Shown: positions 56,897 through 64,000 of the stretch, piece after piece | Position numbering within the stretch: position 1 is the stretch's first letter | Layout: the number at the start of each line of letters is the position of its first letter | Assembly (NCBI GenBank): GCA_016181175.1 | Contig: JACOZV010000001.1 | Location: 4,643 to 68,642 of the forward strand | Reading direction: 5' to 3' | DNA from: Candidatus Yanofskybacteria bacterium | GTDB taxonomy: Bacteria > Patescibacteriota > Minisyncoccia > 2-02-FULL-40-12 > IGHO2-01-FULL-4-A | DNA: 64,000 nt | Translations under genes and position numbers: made by a program | Notes under the pieces: model-generated | Told to the model about the DNA's origin: nothing | The model's input: only the letters and a program-made list of their open reading frames with translations | The model's database searches: none

Positions 56897-57112
56897 TAAG
56901 CAATAAGATAGAAAACAGGTAGGAACCTTTAAAACACACTTTTTAAAACTATTTTTAAGAGGGTTGCGGGAGTAAGCAAAGCGAATACAAAAATGGTGAG
57001 TAAATTTGCGTTCGGTTTGCTTATTCTCGTACCTTACCGGGAACCGGTGTGCGGGGGTTTGCGATCCAGTTCTTAATTTTGTTGAAGAACTGGGTCTCCT
57101 CGAGGAGATACC

Positions 57113-58243
57113 ATGTATAACAAGTACAATTCTCGTAGGCGCGATCCGCGCCAGACGCTTCCGACCGTTTTTCCCGCGAACTTAGAGTTTCGCGGGATGA
57201 ATGGAACGATCAACCTACAGTCGGCAGATGAGGCTGCTCACAAGGCCTTCTTCGCAAACTTGAAAAAGATTGATGAGGGAACGTTACGTGAGTCCGTAAG
57301 TCAGGCCGGCGAAGTGTTCGATGTCGAACGGCTCAAGACCGTTCTCAAGACCGGAGAAACCTTGTTCGCCGGCTACGAGCTGGACGGGCCACAGCGTGAC
57401 TGTGGTATTTGCGGAACGACGTTCCAGCCTGTCCGGATCCAGTTCCTTCACAAGGATCAGACGCCAGGGGTCGGGGGGAACTTTGCCACCCTGAAAGTCG
57501 AAACTCTCAAAGAGCTAATCAGCAAGGGTGGAGAGTTGGCGGAGCTTGTGAAGTCGTTGTCCGATGCGATGACGACGGAGGTAATGGGCAACGAGCCCGT
57601 ACCTTCCCACGCGAAGCTACTTCCGGTATGCAAGGAGTGTCGGGGCATGCTTCAAGACCGGTTCGGAGTTCCAACTTTCGCGCTGGAAACAGCGCGAGAG
57701 GGATTGCTTGGCGCCAACAAGAGGATTGGTGTGGTGGCGAACAGATCTGCTGTAGCCGAAATCCTGGAGCGTTATCAACGACCCACCAATCGCCCGGTCG
57801 GATCCGGCCCCAGTAATGGCCGCCGGTATGATCGGGATCCCCGCGATTACGGTCGCAATGGTCGTGATCAAAGGGAACAGAGGCCGAGAGTCAACTGGTT
57901 CGGAGCTTCTTTGGAAGAGCCGACGGCCAAGGCTCTGACGGCAGCCGGTTACTCCAACCTGGCCGACGCGCTTGCCGATGCCGAATCTGGCAAGCTTGTT
58001 GACAAGGGGATCGCTCACCCCGGCTCGATCGGGCCGATCACATTCGTCCTCAAGCGGGCGAGTGAGGGTCGGCAAGTTGTCGGCCAAGCGGCGGCAGTCG
58101 TTTCCTCTCGGCAGGGGATCGTGCAGGAAGCTCCGGGAGCTAAGCCTGCCAGGAAGACGACCCGGAAGAAGACGCTCACTGCTCCCAAGCCGTCGGCGCG
58201 TTCCAGAGGCAACGGGATTGAGATCTCTAGCCTCCGTGACTAG
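57113..58243 (+). CDS. hypothetical protein with CxxC...CxxC zinc-ribbon-like pairs and an HhH-like segment; Arg/Gly/Pro-rich middle
   Basis: DCGICGTTF ... CKECRG; LTAAGYSNLADALAD HhH-like; GC about 58%; SD GAGGAG. Confidence 0.4.
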   Translation: MYNKYNSRRRDPRQTLPTVFPANLEFRGMNGTINLQSADEAAHKAFFANLKKIDEGTLRESVSQAGEVFDVERLKTVLKTGETLFAGYELDGPQRDCGICGTTFQPVRIQFLHKDQTPGVGGNFATLKVETLKELISKGGELAELVKSLSDAMTTEVMGNEPVPSHAKLLPVCKECRGMLQDRFGVPTFALETAREGLLGANKRIGVVANRSAVAEILERYQRPTNRPVGSGPSNGRRYDRDPRDYGRNGRDQREQRPRVNWFGASLEEPTAKALTAAGYSNLADALADAESGKLVDKGIAHPGSIGPITFVLKRASEGRQVVGQAAAVVSSRQGIVQEAPGAKPARKTTRKKTLTAPKPSARSRGNGIEISSLRD

Positions 58244-58272
58244 GAATAGCTAGAACTTCCTAGTCACATAAT

Positions 58273-58330
58273 CCGTCCCGAGAGCGTCAGCAAAATATTG
58301 CTGACGCTCTCGGGCGGTTTTTTTATTTAT
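58273..58330 (+). terminator. strong rho-independent terminator (18-bp stem, T-run of 9)
   Basis: CCGTCCCGAGAGCGTCAGC-aaaatatt-GCTGACGCTCTCGGGCGG TTTTTTTATTTAT. Confidence 0.85.
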
Positions 58331-58360
58331 AAATCCCAGAAAGTGAATAAGCAATTTAGA

Positions 58361-58390
58361 TTGACACGATAACAATTTTAATGGTATTAT
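58361..58390 (+). promoter_or_regulatory. σ70-like promoter (TTGACA, 18 nt, TATTAT)
   Basis: Read directly upstream of the NUDIX gene. Confidence 0.55.
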
Positions 58391-58436
58391 TAATCTAGCG
58401 GATTGCCTCCGCCAGTTCCTTAACAGGAGGTGGCTC

Positions 58437-59192
58437 ATGCCAACACAAGAGTCATTACAAAGGTCAAGAAAAAAAGGATTTTTACTAAGACGAGCCGCTG
58501 AAAAAGAAGCGCGTCTAGATGGAAAATCTGGGGCCATAAATAAAGAATTAATTTTGAGTACAGCCCAAGACTTCAATTGTTCCCTTAAACCAGAAAGTGC
58601 CAGTGATATGGCTAAGGTTCTGAAGCTGGAACAAGAATATTTTGAAAATGCTATGACTTCGGCGGAATTGGAATGTTTTTCACGCCAAACCGTTGTGGGT
58701 ATTGGCCAGTATTTTTCGAGAGGTAAGAGGAAGGGTTATGTCCTCGTTTTGAACGAGTTCAAGAGGATGTTCCCGGACAACGAAGAATTTGGTTTGGGCT
58801 TTCCTGGCGGTAGAGTTAGGATAGGCGAATCACCGCATGCCAGACTTCAAAAAGAGAGTCCCGAAGAAACTGGACTGATTTGTGAAGTTTTAAATTCCGA
58901 TCGGCCTCCGGTGGCGGAACACAAAGTTGGCGAAGAAGAACATCTTTTTTCTGCCTACGAAGTGAAGTATGTAGGTGGTAGGCCAAGACCTGCTCCAACC
59001 AAGGATGAGCCAATTACGGCAATCGTTTTTGTTGATGAGGAAACCCTGCAGAATGTTTGTAAGACCAACGGGCGACTCAGGATAAAAATCGAAAAAAAAG
59101 AGCTAATCGTAGGTATTTTACCAAACCACAGACGGGTTTTCTTGAAGTATTTGCATATGAAAGAAGCGTGTGGGGGAGGGAAAAATGTATAA
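58437..59192 (+). CDS. NUDIX hydrolase with an N-terminal extension
   Basis: NUDIX box GGRVRIGESPHARLQKESPEETGL (G-x5-E-x7-[RK]E-x2-EE-x-G-hydrophobic); SD AGGAGG. Confidence 0.6.
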   Translation: MPTQESLQRSRKKGFLLRRAAEKEARLDGKSGAINKELILSTAQDFNCSLKPESASDMAKVLKLEQEYFENAMTSAELECFSRQTVVGIGQYFSRGKRKGYVLVLNEFKRMFPDNEEFGLGFPGGRVRIGESPHARLQKESPEETGLICEVLNSDRPPVAEHKVGEEEHLFSAYEVKYVGGRPRPAPTKDEPITAIVFVDEETLQNVCKTNGRLRIKIEKKELIVGILPNHRRVFLKYLHMKEACGGGKNV

Positions 59193-60060
59193 CTTTCCGG
59201 AGCAATTAGCCCTCTTACAAAAATTGGGTGTAAATTGGATAAGGGTTTACAAAATTTCCAATGAAAAAACTTTTCCCGGCGATAAACTGGTTGGAGGTGT
59301 CGAACTGCCAGTGCAGAACGATCAAGGGCTTATCGTTAGCTACGATGCTAAACTGAAAACAACCTTCGTTTTGGCTGTTGAAGTTAAGCATAATGTTGAT
59401 CTTCTTATGGTTTGGACCGAGGGTAGTGACCGAAGAATTAGAATTCTTCGGGGTGAGACGCCAGATGATACCAGGACGGCATTTTATGCCAAGCGTATTC
59501 CTACTGACAAGACATTATGCGGGGAATATGTTACCAAGAGTAACGACAGACAGGGAAACAGTGTTTGGGCAATATCTACTGCTGACAGCCGACTTCGTAT
59601 GTGGGAAATAGCCATTGTAACAGTTGTGGTTGGCGGCCGCTCTCAATATTTTATATCGTTGCAGGAAGTTTATACGGCAGCAATGTTTACGGCCAATGGC
59701 GACATCTACGTTCCCGAAGAGGAATTTCCGGGCTACAAAGACTGGGAGAGTTTGCAGGTATTGCTTAATACAAGAACCGACCCTTTTTTTCTTAGACCGC
59801 TTTCTGAATACCAAAAACAGGCTGAGAAAATTAATGAAGCGGAAGTCGTGAACGGTAACCAGGCAAGAATTCTATGGTTTAATCAGGCCAGGGGTTTCGG
59901 TTTTGCAGAGATTCCCGGTGAAGAACAGAACCCGATTTTTCATAGGACATCGGTTGAAGATCAAATATTTCCCGCATTCAAACCAGGTCAAATTATAAAA
60001 TATGCTCGTATTGAGCGTACGCCCAAAGGAGTACAGTTGAGAGGCGTATCAGAGGTTTAG
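59185..60060 (+). CDS. protein with a C-terminal cold-shock domain
   Basis: ARILWFNQARGFGFAEI, the RNP1-like CSD core, followed by FHRTSV...F..G..I.Y; SD GGGAGGG before the ATG at 59185. Confidence 0.5.
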   Translation: MYNFPEQLALLQKLGVNWIRVYKISNEKTFPGDKLVGGVELPVQNDQGLIVSYDAKLKTTFVLAVEVKHNVDLLMVWTEGSDRRIRILRGETPDDTRTAFYAKRIPTDKTLCGEYVTKSNDRQGNSVWAISTADSRLRMWEIAIVTVVVGGRSQYFISLQEVYTAAMFTANGDIYVPEEEFPGYKDWESLQVLLNTRTDPFFLRPLSEYQKQAEKINEAEVVNGNQARILWFNQARGFGFAEIPGEEQNPIFHRTSVEDQIFPAFKPGQIIKYARIERTPKGVQLRGVSEV

Positions 60061-60085
60061 CCGGTTTAGTCAATTTTTAATTATT

Positions 60086-60158
60086 TCCCGTTGCTCGCGT
60101 ATCGCGCGAGCAACGGGATTTTTATTACTAAAACTCCCGCGTTACGCGGGAGTTTTAG
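60086..60158 (+). terminator. tandem pair of rho-independent terminators
   Basis: CCCGTTGCTCGCG-tatcg-CGCGAGCAACGGG TTTTTATT, then AACTCCCGCG-tta-CGCGGGAGTT TTAG. Confidence 0.8.
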
Positions 60159-60283
60159 TAAGAGATTTTAATTCGATTTTAGTTTGTTTTCTGTTGTATG
60201 TTTTTTTAGTTTTATGTATTTGCACCGGTTTTAATTTAATCGGTCCCCGCGAGATTTTAATACTTGGGGGTCGGGTGATTTTT

Positions 60284-61507
60284 TTACTGGACATTTTTTT
60301 GTATCCCGTACGAGACAGAGGCACGCTGTGTGCCCTCGCGGTCTCGTTTGGGATGTATCGTAAGCAAGATTTTGTGATCTGAAATATCAATTGAGATTAT
60401 AGCTACGTAAATTTCATCGCCGATCTTAAACATTTCTGTGGGCTTGGTTTCGCCAAATTCGGAATTTGGTAGGAGGCCGGCAATTTCATCATCAAGCTTA
60501 ACCCAAACTCCGTAAGGTGTCATTTTTACAATATGGCCGGAGACTGTTTGGCCAACTTGGTATTTTTCTTCAATTTTTTCCCAGGGATTTGTTTTAAGCG
60601 CCTTGAGAGACAGGGAAACTTTGTTGCCATCAATGCCGATTATTTTTGCTTTTATTTTTTGTCCAGTTTGTAAAAAATCTCGCGGATTCTCTACTAGCTT
60701 CCAATCGATTTCGGATATGTGTATTAAACCCTCAACTTCACTTATCGGTTTACTATTTTCTTCTTGCAAGAGTTCTGGTTGTTGTGATGCCTCAATTTTT
60801 GAACTATCTTCCGACGGTAGTGTGATCAACGCGAAAGCTCCGAAATCAGTTACATCGGTAATTTTGGCATCTACTATGTCGCCAATTTTAAATTTGCTTA
60901 ACTCTTCTTTAAGTTGGGCGTCGTTAATTGCTTTTTCTGAAACAATCAGCTTGTTCTCATCTTCTGAAAAATCTATAATTTTAACTTGTATTTCTTGATT
61001 GCGTAATTTTTGCAGTGCCTGGACGATTTTGGTTGTGTCGCCACCTTCAACCTTAGGATAGTGTTCGGACGACAGTTGTGATAAGGGCAAGAAACCCTGA
61101 ATGCCGTCAATTTCTACAATTAGGCCGCCTTTGTTAATGTTCGCAATTTTAGTGGTGATAATTTCTCCATCATCTCTTTTTTTCTTGATATCTTCCCAGG
61201 CAGTTGTCATCTGTGCACGCTTGAGTGACAATTCACGGTAGCCGTCCTCATTTTCAAGATCCAACAAAATAGTTGAAACCGTCTGGCCGGGCTTAAGTGT
61301 TTTTTGTAAATTCGGATTGTCATAAAATTCTCCCGGGTAAACAACGCCAGTGCCTAGTGGACCCAAATCAATCATCACTGCATTTTTGCTTGCACTTAAA
61401 ACTTCCCCGGTCATTACCGCGCCCATTTTGGGCAAATCAAAACCAGACTTTGCAAGCAAGTCCTTCATGGAGAACCCCTCACCGTTAATTTGAGCACCAA
61501 TTTCCAT
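60284..61507 (-). CDS. rpsA: 30S ribosomal protein S1 (four S1 domains)
   Basis: Repeated S1 motifs (G.V.G.V......G..V.L..G..G..H.SE). Confidence 0.8.
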   Translation of the reverse strand: MEIGAQINGEGFSMKDLLAKSGFDLPKMGAVMTGEVLSASKNAVMIDLGPLGTGVVYPGEFYDNPNLQKTLKPGQTVSTILLDLENEDGYRELSLKRAQMTTAWEDIKKKRDDGEIITTKIANINKGGLIVEIDGIQGFLPLSQLSSEHYPKVEGGDTTKIVQALQKLRNQEIQVKIIDFSEDENKLIVSEKAINDAQLKEELSKFKIGDIVDAKITDVTDFGAFALITLPSEDSSKIEASQQPELLQEENSKPISEVEGLIHISEIDWKLVENPRDFLQTGQKIKAKIIGIDGNKVSLSLKALKTNPWEKIEEKYQVGQTVSGHIVKMTPYGVWVKLDDEIAGLLPNSEFGETKPTEMFKIGDEIYVAIISIDISDHKILLTIHPKRDREGTQRASVSYGIQKNVQ

Positions 61508-61578
61508 ATTTAAATGAGCCTAGCATTTTTATTTGTTTTTGGCAACGTTTTTTGATATAATTATAAATATAAATAGAT

Positions 61579-62214
61579 ATGACTATTACTTGGTACGGAC
61601 AATCATGTTTTAGACTTGAATCCAAAGGAACGAGCATCCTAATTGACCCGTTTTCTAAAGAAATCGGTCTTCGGCCGCCACGTTTGAATGACCCAATTTT
61701 TTTAGTTACTCATGAGCATTATGACCACAACAACACAAAAGAAGTGCCTGGAGAATCCTTTATAATCCGTGGCCCCGGAGAATATGAGAAATCCGGCATC
61801 CATTTCGAGGGTATTATGTCGTATCATGATAATGTTCAAGGGACACAGCGTGGTTTGAATACTTTATATGTTATCAGAATAGAAGATATGCGACTGTGCC
61901 ATTTAGGAGATCTTGGACAAGCCAAGCTAACAGATGAGCAAATTGAGCAAATCGGTGATGTTGACATTCTCTTCATTCCTGTTGGTGGAAAGTATACAAT
62001 TGATGGTAAGGAAGCCGCGGAAATAGTTAAGCAAGTTGAGCCCAAAATTATTATCCCAATGCATTACAAAGTTCCCGGCTTGAGTATTGATATAGAAAGT
62101 TCGCAGAAGTTTTTAAAAGAGATAGGCATACAACCAGAAGAAGTCGAAGAATATAGGATAACTGTTAAGAATTTACCTACGGAGGAAATTAAATTAGTAA
62201 CTTTCAAGTTATAA
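61579..62214 (+). CDS. MBL-fold metal-dependent hydrolase (small, Lactamase_B_3-like)
   Basis: LIDP; VTHEHYDHNN (HxHxDH variant); downstream His/Asp. Confidence 0.6.
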   Translation: MTITWYGQSCFRLESKGTSILIDPFSKEIGLRPPRLNDPIFLVTHEHYDHNNTKEVPGESFIIRGPGEYEKSGIHFEGIMSYHDNVQGTQRGLNTLYVIRIEDMRLCHLGDLGQAKLTDEQIEQIGDVDILFIPVGGKYTIDGKEAAEIVKQVEPKIIIPMHYKVPGLSIDIESSQKFLKEIGIQPEEVEEYRITVKNLPTEEIKLVTFKL

Positions 62215-62218
62215 ATTT

Positions 62219-62617
62219 ATGAGAAGCGTTTTAGAAGAAATCCGCCAACAGCCAGAACACATAAGGCATATGTTTATGTGGCTTTGTGTAATTATCGCTT
62301 TTTCTACGGTTGGTTTTGTTTGGTTCCGTTCAACAAGCAAACAGTTTGTGGCTTTGATGCATCCCGAGGAAGCGCAAGAACGAGCGTTGGCTGAAAAGGA
62401 AAAAACCCTTCAACAAGGGCTTCGACTGAGCACAGCCGAACGTCCTCAGGGCAAGCAGCCGTCACCGTTTGCGACCATTTTTGACTCCTGGCGTAACCTT
62501 CAGGCAAACATTTCAGAGTTGTTTGTGGGATCGGAATCAAACTTGGAGATAAATAATAATGAGACGGGAAGCGTAAAAATAGAATTACCGCCACAAAAAC
62601 TGCCAATTTCACAATAA
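62219..62617 (+). CDS. membrane-anchored hypothetical protein
   Basis: One N-terminal TM; no recognisable motif. Confidence 0.3.
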   Translation: MRSVLEEIRQQPEHIRHMFMWLCVIIAFSTVGFVWFRSTSKQFVALMHPEEAQERALAEKEKTLQQGLRLSTAERPQGKQPSPFATIFDSWRNLQANISELFVGSESNLEINNNETGSVKIELPPQKLPISQ

Positions 62618-62672
62618 ACAATTTTCAATTTTTAGTTTTCAATTTTCATTTAAAATTGAAAATTTTATTTTT

Positions 62673-64000
62673 ATGGCTATCCTAGTGGGTACAATTAAAC
62701 CTCGGGAGATAGTAACCGAGATGCAGGAATCTTATCTGGATTACGCGATGAGCGTAATTGTTTCGCGCGCTTTGCCCGATGTCAGGGATGGTCTCAAACC
62801 GGTGCACCGCAGGATTCTGTATACTATGCACGAAATGGGTTTGCGGCCGAATACTAAATTTCAGAAATCAGTTAAAGTTGTGGGTCAGGTTTTGGGGCGA
62901 TTTCATCCTCACGGCGATACCGCTGTTTATGATTCTATGGTTCGCATGGCTCAAGATTTTTCTTTGCGATATCCCCTGGTTCATGGCCAGGGAAATTTTG
63001 GCAGTATAGATGGCGACTCCGCTGCAGCCTATAGATATACTGAAGCAAAAATGGCAGGTATTTCCGAAGAGATTCTTGCAGATATTGATAAGGAAACCGT
63101 AAATTTCAGAGATAACTTTGATAGTACGGCTCAGGAGCCGATTGTTTTACCAACACGTATTCCTAATCTTCTAATCAACGGCTCTATGGGTATTGCTGTG
63201 GGTATGGCAACCAATATACCGCCGCATAATCTTGGCGAAGTGCTGGATGGTCTGACCCATTTAATTGATAACCCAGATGCCGATGTTAATGACCTGATGC
63301 AGTTTATCAAAGGACCGGACTTCCCCACGGGAGGTACGATTTACAATGAGAAGGATATTCTCAGCGCTTATGCTACTGGTAAGGGGCCGATTATTATGCG
63401 AGCCAAGACGGAAATAGTTGAATCGGATAAAAAGAATCTATCTACCAGTAAGCAAGGTTTCCAAATTATAGTTAACGAGATTCCATATCAGGTGAACAAA
63501 TCGGAGCTTATTATTAAAATTGCCGAATTAGTAAAAGAAAAAAAGGTTGATGGTATTAAGGATGTAAGGGATGAGTCTGACAAAGACGGCTTGCGGATTG
63601 CAATTGATCTCAAGCAAGACGCTTTTCCACGTAAGGTAATGAACCAACTTTTCAAATACACAGAACTACAGAAATCTTTTCATTTTAATGTTTTAGCTTT
63701 AGTTGATGGAATACAGCCGCAGATCCTAGACCTCAAGGGATTATTAGAAAATTTTTTGGGACATCGCCGCGAAGTAGTACGCAGGCGTACCCAATTTGAT
63801 CTTCGCAAAGCACAAGACCGGGCGCACATACTAGAAGGTCTCAAAAAAGCCCTGGACCACATTGATGAGATAATACAACTTATCAAGAAGTCGGCATCTA
63901 AGGAAGAAGCGTTCGATAATTTAATTAAAAAATTTAAATTTAGCGATCGGCAAGCTACGGCCATATTGGAAATGAGATTGCAGACTTTAGCTGGACTTGA
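62673..64000 (+). CDS. gyrA: DNA gyrase subunit A, N-terminal part (runs off the 3' edge of the window)
   Basis: Own translation from the ATG at 62673: [50 protein letters not shown]...[10 protein letters not shown], with the active-site Tyr region. Confidence 0.9.
   Translation, partial: MAILVGTIKPREIVTEMQESYLDYAMSVIVSRALPDVRDGLKPVHRRILYTMHEMGLRPNTKFQKSVKVVGQVLGRFHPHGDTAVYDSMVRMAQDFSLRYPLVHGQGNFGSIDGDSAAAYRYTEAKMAGISEEILADIDKETVNFRDNFDSTAQEPIVLPTRIPNLLINGSMGIAVGMATNIPPHNLGEVLDGLTHLIDNPDADVNDLMQFIKGPDFPTGGTIYNEKDILSAYATGKGPIIMRAKTEIVESDKKNLSTSKQGFQIIVNEIPYQVNKSELIIKIAELVKEKKVDGIKDVRDESDKDGLRIAIDLKQDAFPRKVMNQLFKYTELQKSFHFNVLALVDGIQPQILDLKGLLENFLGHRREVVRRRTQFDLRKAQDRAHILEGLKKALDHIDEIIQLIKKSASKEEAFDNLIKKFKFSDRQATAILEMRLQTLAGL

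Noticed and set aside
57409-58253. Overlapping alternative-frame ORFs (135 aa, 156 aa, 93 aa) within the GC-rich gene at 57113-58243
   Set aside because: High GC suppresses stop codons in all frames. Only the frame with the SD and ATG at 57113 and continuous coding-like composition was retained.
1-64000. CRISPR arrays
   Set aside because: I found no run of three or more evenly spaced identical 24-48-bp direct repeats on inspection. All repeats found are two-copy.

Overview
This 64 kb window is AT-rich (about 40% GC) and reads like a small-genome bacterium. By inference it is Patescibacteria/CPR-like: many small secreted or membrane proteins, a sortase, PilB, a split transketolase, and homing-endonuclease genes near tRNAs. 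It spans the chromosomal replication origin, with rpmH-rnpA-yidD-yidC-jag on the minus strand diverging from dnaA-dnaN on the plus strand. Core housekeeping genes are gap, split transketolase, a uracil-DNA glycosylase, a UvrD/PcrA helicase, ksgA, an Lnt-like acyltransferase, PBP1A, tyrS, ruvC, yebC, ruvB, pilB, nusA, tig, a DsbA-like protein, a cysteine desulfurase, rplS, rluA, deoC, ftsH, rpsA and a gyrA fragment at the 3' edge. There are ten tRNA genes.

Features that stand out:
- 9.6-19.3 kb: a type IV secretion-like cluster of VirB6-like, VirB3-like and VirB4 genes. VirB4 is split by a frameshift, and a four-helix-bundle gene of the 23S intervening-sequence type, flanked by inverted repeats, sits inside the operon.
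- 54.2-60.2 kb: a GC-rich island of plus-strand genes (hypothetical, β-CASP metallo-β-lactamase nuclease, Zn-finger/HhH protein, NUDIX hydrolase, cold-shock-domain protein). It has consensus σ70 promoters, a 210-nt structured 5' UTR that masks the ribosome-binding site, and strong terminators.
- 44.5-45.6 kb: a perfect 99-bp direct repeat bracketing a cassette with a GIY-YIG nuclease.
- 46.3-47.3 kb: a free-standing double-motif LAGLIDADG endonuclease beside tRNA genes, plus duplicated tRNA 3'-end fragments and terminators.
- A tRNA with a UAU anticodon.
- MITE-like palindromic insertions inside rluA and between rnpA and yidD.
- A GC-rich gene with an in-frame amber codon at the 5' edge.

No CRISPR array or rRNA gene was seen.
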